From assembly GCA_964520655.1 (NCBI GenBank), contig CAZFNI010000006.1, positions 78,790 to 142,789 on the forward strand: DNA of 64,000 bases, read 5' to 3'. The notes under the pieces were generated by a model. That model was not told the DNA's origin, did not search any database, and was given only the letters and a program-made list of their open reading frames with translations. This DNA is from an uncultured Planctomycetales bacterium (lineage in GTDB: Bacteria; Omnitrophota; Gorgyraeia; Zapsychrales; Fredricksoniimonadaceae). Of the stretch, positions 1 to 9,091 are shown in pieces; positions within the stretch are counted from its first letter, which is position 1; each line of letters starts with the position of its first letter. The translations under genes and the position numbers were made by a program.

Positions 1-354
1 GTCCCGCGCATCGCTGCTTTCGGAGCATTTGCCTATAATCCTCAGCCTAAAGATGAGAACAAGGCCTGGATGGCGGGGGCTTATATAGGGAATTCTAAAG
101 TGGCCAGCAAAGGCGCCTGGAAAATGACCTGGGCTTATAAATCGCTGGGCAGGGATTCCTGGCTGGATGTTTTGCCGGATTCCGATTTCTACAGCGGCAA
201 TACAGACACCAAAGGTTATGAAGGCATCTTTGAGTACGGTTTAGCAAAGAACATTACTCTTGTGGTGGATTATTATCACACCCAACGGATGTCCTCACTG
301 TCTGCGCCGCAAGCTGAAAGCATTATTCAGACAGATCTTAACTGGAAATTCTAA
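1..354 (+). CDS. Outer-membrane porin, C-terminal fragment. The frame is open from the window edge and the gene starts upstream of the window. Possibly a phosphate-selective OprO/OprP-like porin, given its position directly upstream of pstS.
   Basis: Frame open from nt 1. Beta-strand-like alternating pattern ending in a C-terminal ...NWKF aromatic residue typical of OM beta-barrels. C-terminal pattern resembles the second porin at 6881-8281. Confidence 0.5.
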   Translation, partial: VPRIAAFGAFAYNPQPKDENKAWMAGAYIGNSKVASKGAWKMTWAYKSLGRDSWLDVLPDSDFYSGNTDTKGYEGIFEYGLAKNITLVVDYYHTQRMSSLSAPQAESIIQTDLNWKF

Positions 355-507
355 TTTTAAGAACACATTGTTGTTGGCAGGTCAGTATCGGTTTTAATGC
401 GGTCATAAAAGAAGGGGGGCGTTATTAAACAAGCATAATTAATCGTTGTTGCGTACGAATTTCTGTATAGAATATTCATTAATTCATTTAACCCATAGGG
501 GATAAAT

Positions 508-1368
508 ATGCGTTCAAAGATAATGCTGCTGTTGGTTATGTTCGTTGCTGTTCTTGGTTGTTCGGTGTATGCGGCCGGCCCGTCCATACAGATCAAGGGG
601 TCGGACACCATGGTCAATTTGGGCCAGGCTTGGGCGGAAGAATATATGAAGGAACATCCGGATGCTTTTGTCGCGGTGACCGGAGGAGGTTCAGGAACGG
701 GGATCGCGGCCTTGATCAGCGGAACATGCGACATCGCCGAATCGTCGCGCGAGATGAAAAAAGAAGAGATCGATCTGGCTAAAAGCAAAGGCATTGACGC
801 GAAGGAGTATAAGGTCGGCATCGACGGGCTGGCGGTCGCGGTCAGTCCTCATAATCCCGTCAATCAGCTGACGATCGACCAATTATCGGATATTTTCACC
901 GGTAAGATCAAGAACTGGAAAGAAGTCGGCGGTAAAGATGCCCAGATCGTTGTGCTGTCGCGGGAGGTCAATTCCGGGACCCATGTGTATTTCAAAGAAC
1001 ATGTATTGCGCAAAGGCGATGCCAAAAGCACGGTTGAGTTCACGCCGGATGCGCTGTTGATGTCCTCCTCTCAGGCCATCGTGGATGAGATCGCACAGAA
1101 TGATGTGGCCATCGGTTATTACGGGATGGGGTATGTGAACAATACCCAGAAAGCATTGGCTGTATCCAAAGACGCGGCAGGCCCTTTTATCGCTCCTACT
1201 ATTGAGAATGTGATGCAAAATAAGTATTATATCTCCCGTCCCCTGTTGATGTATACTAACGGCCAGCCTCAAGGGGCGGTGAAAGGATTCATGGATTTTG
1301 CTTTAAGTCCGGAAGGTCAAAAAATCGTTAAGGAAACGGATTTCGTCCCTGTCCAAAAACATGAATAG
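508..1368 (+). CDS. pstS: Phosphate ABC transporter substrate-binding protein PstS
   Basis: Signal peptide, then GSDTMVNL...VTGGGSGTG...SSREMK motifs typical of the PstS family. First gene of a pstSCAB-phoU operon. Confidence 0.9.
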   Translation: MRSKIMLLLVMFVAVLGCSVYAAGPSIQIKGSDTMVNLGQAWAEEYMKEHPDAFVAVTGGGSGTGIAALISGTCDIAESSREMKKEEIDLAKSKGIDAKEYKVGIDGLAVAVSPHNPVNQLTIDQLSDIFTGKIKNWKEVGGKDAQIVVLSREVNSGTHVYFKEHVLRKGDAKSTVEFTPDALLMSSSQAIVDEIAQNDVAIGYYGMGYVNNTQKALAVSKDAAGPFIAPTIENVMQNKYYISRPLLMYTNGQPQGAVKGFMDFALSPEGQKIVKETDFVPVQKHE

Positions 1369-2248
1369 AACACAGTGGAATTTTAAGCGCGGCAAAGAAT
1401 TGTGCATCGAACAATGCATCTATTTAAGCGGTGTTGTTTCGATCATTATCGTCGCGTTGATCTTTATCTTTTTGGCTAAGGAAGGATTCGCCTTGTTTAG
1501 CACCGTCGGGTTGGGGGATTTTTTGACGGGCAAGAATTGGTATCCTATCTCAACCCCCAGTCAGTTCGGCATCTTCCCTTTAATTCTGGGGTCCTTGTAT
1601 GTGACGGTCGGTGCCAGCTTGATCGCGGTGCCGATCGGGATCGCCAGCGCTGTTTTTATCTCAGAGGTTGCTACCGGCCGTGTGAAAGAGATCTTAAAAT
1701 CCGGTATTGAGCTTTTGGCGGCGATCCCAAGCGTCGTTTTGGGTTTTATCGGCATGATGACCCTTGTGCCTTGGGTCAAGACGACATTTAAGATACCGAC
1801 GGGACTCACCGCTTTTTCCGGGGCCTTGATGCTGGGCTTCATGGCCATGCCCACCATCGTCAGCATCGCGGAAGACGCGCTCAATGCTGTTCCTAAACGT
1901 TACAAGGAAGCGGCTCTGGCCTTAGGCGCGACGCGCTGGCAGGCCATATGGCGGGTCATTTTACCTGCCGCCTCTTCAGGTATCGTGGCAGCGGTGATGC
2001 TGGGGATAGGTCGCGTCATCGGGGAGACCATGGCCGTCATGATGATCACCGGTAATGCCGCGCGCATCCCAAAAACCATTCTGGAGCCCGTCAGGACGCT
2101 GACCGCGACCATCGCGGCGGAAATGGGCGAGACGGTCCGTGGCAGCGATCATTATCATGCGTTGTTCGCTATCGGGATCGTATTATTCGTCATTACTTTT
2201 ATCATCAATCTGATCGCGGATTTCGCGGTCAACTATAAACGCAAATGA
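1361..2248 (+). CDS. pstC: Phosphate ABC transporter permease PstC
   Basis: Polytopic membrane protein with an ABC permease EAA-like loop. ATGA start/stop overlap with pstS. Operon context. Confidence 0.9.
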   Translation: MNRTQWNFKRGKELCIEQCIYLSGVVSIIIVALIFIFLAKEGFALFSTVGLGDFLTGKNWYPISTPSQFGIFPLILGSLYVTVGASLIAVPIGIASAVFISEVATGRVKEILKSGIELLAAIPSVVLGFIGMMTLVPWVKTTFKIPTGLTAFSGALMLGFMAMPTIVSIAEDALNAVPKRYKEAALALGATRWQAIWRVILPAASSGIVAAVMLGIGRVIGETMAVMMITGNAARIPKTILEPVRTLTATIAAEMGETVRGSDHYHALFAIGIVLFVITFIINLIADFAVNYKRK

Positions 2249-3096
2249 TCAAGAATCCGCACATCCGGGAGAAAATCGCTTTTACTTTTCTGTTTATAGC
2301 AACAGCGATCGTTGTTCTGCCGGTTATTTTTATTTTCGGGTATATCATTGCCAAGGGCTACAGTGCCATCTCGTGGGAATTTTTTACCCAGATGCCGACG
2401 CGCGGCATGCGCGAAGGCGGCATATTCCCGGCGATCATCGGTACGCTTTATCTGGTTTTGGGCACATTGGTTTTTGCCCTGCCGCTGGGTGTTCTGACCG
2501 CGATCTATTTGACCGAGTATGCGAAAGATAACTGGTTTACCAGGGCTGTCAAATTAGCCATCATCAATCTGGCCGGTGTTCCCTCGGTCGTCTTTGGATT
2601 GTTCGGGCTTGGTGTTTTTGTCATGTTCCTTAAATTCGGGGCGTCGATCCTGGCGGGATCATTGACACTGGCCATTATGGTGCTGCCGATCATTATCACG
2701 ACCACGCGCGAAGCCTTAGACAGCGTGCCGCAATCGTTTCGGCAGGTGAGCATGGCGCTTGGAGTGTCGCGCTGGGATACCATCCGTCATGTGGTGTTGC
2801 CCAATGCGATGCCTGGGATATTAACGGGGATGATCCTGGCGATATCGCGCGCTGCCGGCGAGACCGCACCCATTTTATTTACGGTCGCGGCGTTCTATTT
2901 GCCCAAACTGCCCAAGTCGGTCATGGACCAGGTCATGGCATTGCCATATCATTTGTATGTCATCTCAACCCAGGTGCCCAATATCAAGCCGCAAGTGCGT
3001 TATGGCACGGCCCTGGTATTGCTGATGATCGTGTTGTCGGTGAATTTAGCGGCGATCATTTTGCGTTCATATTTCAGGAAAAAGAAAAAATGGTAA
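2245..3096 (+). CDS. pstA: Phosphate ABC transporter permease PstA
   Basis: Polytopic permease. ATGA overlap with pstC. Conserved pstA position in the operon. Confidence 0.9.
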   Translation: MIKNPHIREKIAFTFLFIATAIVVLPVIFIFGYIIAKGYSAISWEFFTQMPTRGMREGGIFPAIIGTLYLVLGTLVFALPLGVLTAIYLTEYAKDNWFTRAVKLAIINLAGVPSVVFGLFGLGVFVMFLKFGASILAGSLTLAIMVLPIIITTTREALDSVPQSFRQVSMALGVSRWDTIRHVVLPNAMPGILTGMILAISRAAGETAPILFTVAAFYLPKLPKSVMDQVMALPYHLYVISTQVPNIKPQVRYGTALVLLMIVLSVNLAAIILRSYFRKKKKW

Positions 3097-3848
3097 AACC
3101 GGTCAAGATCGAGGTCCGTGATCTAAGTGTCACCTACGGCGCTGTTAAGGCGCTTTCCCGTCTGAATTTAACGGTCTATGAAAATGAGATATTAAGCATC
3201 ATCGGCCCGTCCAACAGCGGCAAGTCGACATTTTTACGGTGTTTAAACCGGTTCAATGATAATTTCGCACAATTTAAACGGCAGGGCACGATCACCATTA
3301 ACGGCAATGATATATACGGTAATATCGATGTGCAGACATTGCGTAAGAAAGTCGGCATGGTCTTTGCCTTGCCCATGGTCTTACCGATGACGGTCATGGA
3401 CAATGTGGCCTACGGCTTGCGGCGACACGGCATTAAGGATAAAACGGTGATCCAGGAAGCTGTTGAGCGCAGTTTAAAAGCCGCGTATCTCTGGGATGAG
3501 GTCAAGGACCGTCTTAATGCATTGGCAATGAATTTATCCGGTGGTCAGCAGCAGCGTTTGTGTTTGGCCAGGACGCTGGCGGTAGAGCCGGACATCATTC
3601 TTTATGATGAGCCCTGTTCGGCGCTTGATCCCATATCGACGGCGAAGATCGAGGAAGCGATGGTGCGTTTTAAGCAGAAATACACCCAGGTCCTTGTGAC
3701 CAATAATACCAAACAGGCGGCGCGCGTCGGAGATCGCACGGCATTCTTTTTGATGGGCGAGATGGTCGAGCTGGATAAGACCGATAAGCTGTTCACCAAG
3801 CCGGCGGATGAGCGTACGGAAAGTTATATCTCCGGGAGGTTCGGTTAA
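3090..3848 (+). CDS. pstB: Phosphate ABC transporter ATP-binding protein PstB (copy 1). Canonical Walker A and LSGGQQQR signature, but the Q-loop Gln and the H-loop His are substituted.
   Basis: Walker A GPSNSGKST, signature LSGGQQQRLCLAR, Walker B IILYDEP. The Q-loop reads VFALP instead of VFQ. The H-loop reads VTNNTKQAARV instead of VTHNMQQAARV. Confidence 0.88.
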   Translation: MVKPVKIEVRDLSVTYGAVKALSRLNLTVYENEILSIIGPSNSGKSTFLRCLNRFNDNFAQFKRQGTITINGNDIYGNIDVQTLRKKVGMVFALPMVLPMTVMDNVAYGLRRHGIKDKTVIQEAVERSLKAAYLWDEVKDRLNALAMNLSGGQQQRLCLARTLAVEPDIILYDEPCSALDPISTAKIEEAMVRFKQKYTQVLVTNNTKQAARVGDRTAFFLMGEMVELDKTDKLFTKPADERTESYISGRFG

Positions 3849-4603
3849 TGAAAGCGATCGTGACCACCCGTCAGCTGAATTTATATTACGGCACATTTAA
3901 AGCGCTGATCAATATTGATATGGCCATCGAAGAACATAAGATCACGGCGTTGATCGGGCCTTCCGGATGCGGCAAAACAACACTGCTGAGGGCTTTTAAC
4001 CGGATGAATGATCTGATCGAGGGGGTCAAGGTTGACGGTCAGGTATTGATCGAAGGTCAGGATATTTACGCGCCTCAGACAGACATGGTGAGCTTGCGCA
4101 AAAAAGTCGGGATGGTCTTTCAGCGGCCTAATCCTTTTGCTTTGTCCGTTTGGGATAATATCCTTTTTGGGGTCAAGATCCATCAGGCCGCGCCCCGTAA
4201 GGAATATGGCCGCATCGTCGAGGAATCTCTGCGGGCGGTGGATCTCTGGGATGTACTTAAAGATAAATTGAACGCTTCCGCGCTGAATATGTCGCTGGAA
4301 GTGCAGCAGCGTTTGTGCATCGCGCGCCTGCTTCCGGTCAAGCCGGATATTCTGCTGATGGATGAACCCTGTTCGGCGCTCGATCCGATATCGACCAGCC
4401 ATATTGAAGAGCTGATCTTTGAATTGAAGAAGAATTATACGATCATCATCGTCACGCACAATATGCAGCAAGCCGCGCGTGTATCGGATTACACGGCGTA
4501 TTTGTATCTGGGGGAGTTGATCGAATTTGGCCCCACCCAGCGTATATTCACTGTCCCGCAGGATAAGCGCACCGAAGCTTATCTGACCGGGCGTTTTGGT
4601 TAA
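3848..4603 (+). CDS. pstB: Second PstB-like ATP-binding protein (copy 2). Canonical Walker A, Q-loop and H-loop, but a degenerate ABC signature motif.
   Basis: Walker A GPSGCGKTT, Q-loop VFQRPNPF, Walker B ILLMDEP, H-loop VTHNMQQAARVSD. The signature reads LSLEVQQRLCIAR instead of LSGGQQQR. TAATG overlap with copy 1. Confidence 0.88.
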   Translation: MKAIVTTRQLNLYYGTFKALINIDMAIEEHKITALIGPSGCGKTTLLRAFNRMNDLIEGVKVDGQVLIEGQDIYAPQTDMVSLRKKVGMVFQRPNPFALSVWDNILFGVKIHQAAPRKEYGRIVEESLRAVDLWDVLKDKLNASALNMSLEVQQRLCIARLLPVKPDILLMDEPCSALDPISTSHIEELIFELKKNYTIIIVTHNMQQAARVSDYTAYLYLGELIEFGPTQRIFTVPQDKRTEAYLTGRFG

Positions 4604-4617
4604 TTGAAAGGAATCGT

Positions 4618-5289
4618 ATGTTACGAGATAAATTAGTCGAATTAAAACGACACTTGCTGGAGGATGCGGCCTTGGTCGAGGAAATGATCGCCAAAAGTAT
4701 CCGCGGCCTTTCGGAAAAAAATGAGGTCATGCTCCTTGAAGTTGTCAACACCGAGGAGCCCAAGGCTAATGACTATGACCGGGAGATCGATGAGATGTGC
4801 GTTGAACTGATCGCCCAGTTCGAGCCAGTGGCCCGCGACCTGCGCATGGTCATCATGATCGTCAAGATGAACAAGGACTTGGAGCGCATCGCAGACCACG
4901 CGGTCAATGTCTGTGAGAGCGCCTTGTTCTTGATCGATAAGCCAACGCTGCCGCCATTAAATGACTTAAAGCTCATGGGCGATAATGCTGTGCATATGCT
5001 TAAAGACAGCATCAATGCCTTTGTGAATGAGAACGTGCAGCTGGCCAGCGCTGTCTTAGAGCGTGATAATATCGTGGATAGCGCAGGGGATAAGATCTTA
5101 AAAGACCTGACCGAACTGATGCGTAACCAAAAAGACGTGATCCCGCGCGCCCTGCAGGTCATGCGCATCGCGCATAACCTGGAACGCATCGCGGACTTGG
5201 CGACGAATATCGCTGAAGAAGTTATTTATATCGTCGAAGGGCGGGACATCAAACACCATCATGTGGAAGATGAGCCTGCAAATCCATAA
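4618..5289 (+). CDS. phoU: Phosphate signalling complex protein PhoU
   Basis: Two-repeat PhoU architecture (E..D...NKDLERIADHA and NLERIADLATNIAE). Position after pstB. Confidence 0.9.
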   Translation: MLRDKLVELKRHLLEDAALVEEMIAKSIRGLSEKNEVMLLEVVNTEEPKANDYDREIDEMCVELIAQFEPVARDLRMVIMIVKMNKDLERIADHAVNVCESALFLIDKPTLPPLNDLKLMGDNAVHMLKDSINAFVNENVQLASAVLERDNIVDSAGDKILKDLTELMRNQKDVIPRALQVMRIAHNLERIADLATNIAEEVIYIVEGRDIKHHHVEDEPANP

Positions 5290-5330
5290 ATAGTGCTAGA
5301 AAAAACCGTTGAATGCGTTAATGTAAGCGT

Positions 5331-6668
5331 ATGCATCCTTTAGAATGCCGTCGATTATTGCCGCAGGACCTCAAACCGCTGAACAGTTTGGCTGATTATA
5401 AGGCCATTGGCGGCGGGCAGGGCTATAAGCGCGCATTGTCCATGTCACCTGTTGATGTCATTGCCGAGATCAAGAAGGCTAATTTGCGCGGCCGAGGCGG
5501 TGCGGGTTTTCCAACGGCGATTAAATGGGGCGGCGTGCGTAATGAACCATGCCCGATTAAATATGTGGCCTGCAATTTCTCTGAAGGAGAACCCGGCACC
5601 TTTAAGGACCGCTACAATATTTTGATCAATCCCTATCATTTGTTTGAAGGGATCGCGATCGCGCTTTATGCCATTGGCGCCAAAGAAGCTTATATAGGTA
5701 TCAAAAAGAAATACACGCCCCAGGTCAAGCGCCTTTTTGCCGCGCGCAAAGAGATGGAAGAAGCCGGCATGATCCCTAAGGGGCTGATCAAGATCCATTT
5801 GGGGCCGGATGAATACCTTTTTGGAGAAGAAAAAGGTTTGATCGAATCGATCGATGGCCGCTATCCTATGCCGCGTAACATTCCTCCCTTTATCCAGGGG
5901 ATCAATTTCGAACCGAATTCACCCAATCCCACCTGCGTCAACAATGTGGAGACATTTTGCCAGGCGGCCTATATATTGAGGAAGGGCGCGGATAACTTTA
6001 GATCAGTCGGATCAGAGGATACTCCGGGTACTGTGATGTGTACAGTGTGTGGAGATGTGCAAAGGCCTGGTGTATATGAGGTTGCAGCTGGAAAAGTGAC
6101 ATTAAAACAGCTTATTTATGACATTGCCGGGGGCCCGGCAGGCAAATTCCCTATCAAAGCCGTGTTTTCAGGGGTTGCCAGCGGTGTTGTAACGCCGGAG
6201 CGTTTCGATACGCCGTTGGATTTCGGTTCTTTAAAGAAAGTGGGCGGCGGTTTAGGGTCTGGCGGCTTCATTGTCTATGATCAAAGCGCCTGCATGGTGC
6301 AGGTGGCGCTTAAATTCAGCAATTTTCTGGCCAAAAGTTCCTGCGGACAATGTGTCCCCTGCAACCGCGGTACCGCCCATATCACGGAATATCTCAAAAA
6401 GATCGAGTTTGGCCAGGGCAAGGTAGATGATCTGGAGGCGATCTTTGAGATCTGCGGCCGCTGCACTAATCAGACCCGTTGCTTTTTGCCAACTCAGGAA
6501 AGTATCCTTATCCCCAGCATTATCAAGACTTTTAGCGCCGAATTCAAGGCCCATATCGACGGCAAACGCGATCCTGATGAACGCGATCTGATACTGCCCA
6601 AGCTACATGCCTATCATGCCGAAACATCCCTGTTTAGTTACGACGACCCCGCGAAGTTCGCCATCTGA
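5331..6668 (+). CDS. NuoF-like NADH-binding flavoprotein (complex I 51 kDa subunit family). Stand-alone, with no partner subunits nearby.
   Basis: RGRGGAGFPTAIKW FMN/NADH-binding motif. SLBB-like middle region. C-terminal CGQCVPCNRG...C 4Fe-4S cysteine cluster as in NuoF/HoxF/FdsB. Confidence 0.7.
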   Translation: MHPLECRRLLPQDLKPLNSLADYKAIGGGQGYKRALSMSPVDVIAEIKKANLRGRGGAGFPTAIKWGGVRNEPCPIKYVACNFSEGEPGTFKDRYNILINPYHLFEGIAIALYAIGAKEAYIGIKKKYTPQVKRLFAARKEMEEAGMIPKGLIKIHLGPDEYLFGEEKGLIESIDGRYPMPRNIPPFIQGINFEPNSPNPTCVNNVETFCQAAYILRKGADNFRSVGSEDTPGTVMCTVCGDVQRPGVYEVAAGKVTLKQLIYDIAGGPAGKFPIKAVFSGVASGVVTPERFDTPLDFGSLKKVGGGLGSGGFIVYDQSACMVQVALKFSNFLAKSSCGQCVPCNRGTAHITEYLKKIEFGQGKVDDLEAIFEICGRCTNQTRCFLPTQESILIPSIIKTFSAEFKAHIDGKRDPDERDLILPKLHAYHAETSLFSYDDPAKFAI

Positions 6669-6880
6669 TAAAATTTTTCTAAAAATCGTTGACAATGATT
6701 TTGTGCTGTGTAAAAATCAATGCACTTAAAACCCTGGTGATCTAAATTCTGACCGCGAAAGGAGGGATGAGATAAAACGGTTGCTGGATCATCACAAGGG
6801 GTCTATGTCGTAAGATACTAGGTTTATAGATCCTAGATATATATATAGCTAAATCCATGTAATATTTTTGGAGGATTCAA

Positions 6881-8281
6881 ATGAGAAAATTCTTTTTAGC
6901 GTTAGCTGTCGTTGCTTTAGCAACCCCGGCTTTCGCTGCTGTTCAAAACGTGAAAGTTTCCGGCGACATCGATAACTGGATGGTCAGCCGTGATAATTTC
7001 AACTTAGGTTCCAAGATCAGAACCGGTGTTGGTACTGGTACCAACCAGGGTCTCAAGAGCCAGAACGTGTTTTTGACCCAAACCCGTATTCGCGTTGACG
7101 CTGATCTAAGCGACAATGTGTCTACAACCGTGCGTTTATTAAGTGAAAATGCATGGGGCGCCGGCAACATCAATTCCGGTATCGGTATTGATTTAGCTTA
7201 CGCCACGTTGCGTGAATTCTTGTATTCACCGTTAACAGTGACTGTTGGTCGTCAAGAATTCATCTACGGTAACGGGATGATCTTAGGCGGCAATGGTCCT
7301 AACAACGGGACCACAGGCAGCCTGCAATATATCGCTGCTGACCGCTCCAAGAACGCTTCCAACGACGGTGTTAAGTTAGTCTTCGATTACAAGCCGTTAA
7401 CGTTGGATGTTTTGTACATCAAAGCTGGTCAAACCACGCTCACTGGTGCTGAACTCGCGAATAGAACCAGCACGGATGTTTATGGTTTGAACGCGAATTA
7501 CCAATTGGGTGATTCTAACAACAGTGCTGTTGAAGGTTACTTGTTCAGCAGACTCAAAGGCAGCAACGTTTCTACCGCAACTGATAAAGGCGACAGTTTA
7601 TATGTCCCTGGTTTACGCGTCAGCACAAACCCCATCAAAGGGTTGACGACATCAGCGGAAGTTGCCTGGCAATTAGGTTATGTTCCAGTTTCTGCTGGCG
7701 GCGTTGAAAATGCCGTTCACCGCAATGCCATGGCTTACCAGTTAATGGGCAGCTATGCCATCCAAGGTGATGATTTGGCAAAATACAAACCGTCTGTGAA
7801 TGCTTCTTATTCCCACTTCTCTGGTGATAAGAACGCTGCGGCCAACCACTCAAGCGATGCGGTTAATTCTGCAAAACGTTATTCTGCTTGGGATTCCTTC
7901 ATGGAAGGTCAGAATGGCGGCACGATCTACAATGCGTTGTTCACTTTGAGCAACTTGAACATCCTCACAGCGGGTGCTACAGTTTCTCCTATCGAAGACG
8001 TCACTGCGTCTTTCTTGTGGAGCAATCTGAGCGCGGATAAGAAATACCGCACGGGTAATGCCTTAAGCATCACCCAACCGGATGGTTCTTCAACCAACAC
8101 GATCGTTACTTCCGGACGCAAGGATGTTGGTAACGAATACGATGTGAATGTCAACTATGCGTACACCGAAGATGTGACCCTTGGTCTGTCTTTAGGTTGG
8201 TTCGCTCCTGGCAAAGCGTTTGATGGCGTTAATGATTCAACCGCAAGCCAAGCGTTGGCGCATGTTAACGTGAACTTCTAA
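6881..8281 (+). CDS. Outer-membrane porin / beta-barrel protein
   Basis: N-terminal signal peptide (MRKFFLALAVVALATPAFA). Gly/Asn/Thr/Tyr-rich alternating beta-strand composition with a C-terminal ...VNVNF. Strong intrinsic terminator follows. Codon usage typical of a highly expressed gene. Confidence 0.75.
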   Translation: MRKFFLALAVVALATPAFAAVQNVKVSGDIDNWMVSRDNFNLGSKIRTGVGTGTNQGLKSQNVFLTQTRIRVDADLSDNVSTTVRLLSENAWGAGNINSGIGIDLAYATLREFLYSPLTVTVGRQEFIYGNGMILGGNGPNNGTTGSLQYIAADRSKNASNDGVKLVFDYKPLTLDVLYIKAGQTTLTGAELANRTSTDVYGLNANYQLGDSNNSAVEGYLFSRLKGSNVSTATDKGDSLYVPGLRVSTNPIKGLTTSAEVAWQLGYVPVSAGGVENAVHRNAMAYQLMGSYAIQGDDLAKYKPSVNASYSHFSGDKNAAANHSSDAVNSAKRYSAWDSFMEGQNGGTIYNALFTLSNLNILTAGATVSPIEDVTASFLWSNLSADKKYRTGNALSITQPDGSSTNTIVTSGRKDVGNEYDVNVNYAYTEDVTLGLSLGWFAPGKAFDGVNDSTASQALAHVNVNF

Positions 8282-8309
8282 TTCAAAAAAGTTCATTGTT
8301 GATGTCAGA

Positions 8310-8344
8310 AACCCCCGCCGGAAACGGCGGGGGTTTTCTTTTTA
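8310..8344 (+). terminator. Rho-independent terminator after the porin gene
   Basis: GC stem ACCCCCGCCG-GAAA-CGGCGGGGGT followed by TTTTCTTTTT. Confidence 0.85.
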
Positions 8345-8494
8345 GTCGTTCCCGTCGATAAAATGCCTCCGCGCAGGTAAAAATATTTTACTTTTCTTTT
8401 TGCATTCCCAATTTCTTTGCTAAGATAAAACCAATAGAGATTCTAAAGTTGTAACTTTATATTTATTAATAGCTTAAATAAAGATTGGGGTAGC

Positions 8495-9070
8495 ATGACC
8501 CGTGATGAGATATATGACCATCTTGCCAAGGTTTATTTAGGCAAGCGTGAAAGCGTCGCGTCAAAGCAGAAGAAGAAAAAGGTAAATCAATCGTGGCTGG
8601 TGATCAATGTGGTCATCACCATTGTGATCGTTCTTTCGACGGTGTATGGTTTTACGGCCTTCCTGACGCGCCGAGCGGGGCTGAATAATCAGGTTTATTA
8701 TGAATTAAATAACAGCCTGATCAAGATCGGGTATGACTTAAATGATCCTTTCCCGTCGACAAAAACGTTCTCGATCACGTTGCCGGAAAAGGATGCCAGC
8801 AAATACAGCAAGTTGAATTTAAAGATCCGTGGACTCAATGGCGCTTATCCCGGAGTGGTCAAGTTAGTCGTCAATAACCAGCGTAATGAACGCGCGACAT
8901 ATTACATCAAAGATGTGGGGGCGCAATGGCAGAAGGTGGCCATCCCATTTGATAAATTGAATCTGACGGACTGGAGCAATGTGACGGAAGTGGCGTTTGT
9001 TCTGGAAGCGTGGAATGTGGATTTCAAGCAGGGGGCGATGCTTGTCGATGATGTGAGTTTCTCAAACTAG
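8495..9070 (+). CDS. Hypothetical signal-anchored membrane protein with a C-terminal carbohydrate-binding-module-like beta-sandwich
   Basis: Cytoplasmic basic N-terminus and one TM helix (LVINVVITIVIVLSTVYGFTAFL). C-terminal region ends ...AMLVDDVSFSN, resembling CBM4_9/CBM11-type module termini. First gene of a tightly coupled operon. Confidence 0.5.
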   Translation: MTRDEIYDHLAKVYLGKRESVASKQKKKKVNQSWLVINVVITIVIVLSTVYGFTAFLTRRAGLNNQVYYELNNSLIKIGYDLNDPFPSTKTFSITLPEKDASKYSKLNLKIRGLNGAYPGVVKLVVNNQRNERATYYIKDVGAQWQKVAIPFDKLNLTDWSNVTEVAFVLEAWNVDFKQGAMLVDDVSFSN

Positions 9071-9091
9071 GACTATCCTAAGGAAAAGCGT

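Noticed and set aside
357-507. Pho box upstream of pstS
   Set aside because: Only weak direct repeats (TTCATTAATTCATTT; TTGTTGTTGG / TCGTTGTTGCG) were seen. Nothing resembles the E. coli CTGTCAT-type Pho box, and I cannot assign a regulator-binding site from sequence alone.
357-1272. Minus-strand ORFs (357-821, 691-882, 883-1272) antisense to the pstS region
   Set aside because: They lie entirely antisense within a strongly supported pstS gene and its upstream region, with no RBS or motifs. They are typical spurious antisense frames.
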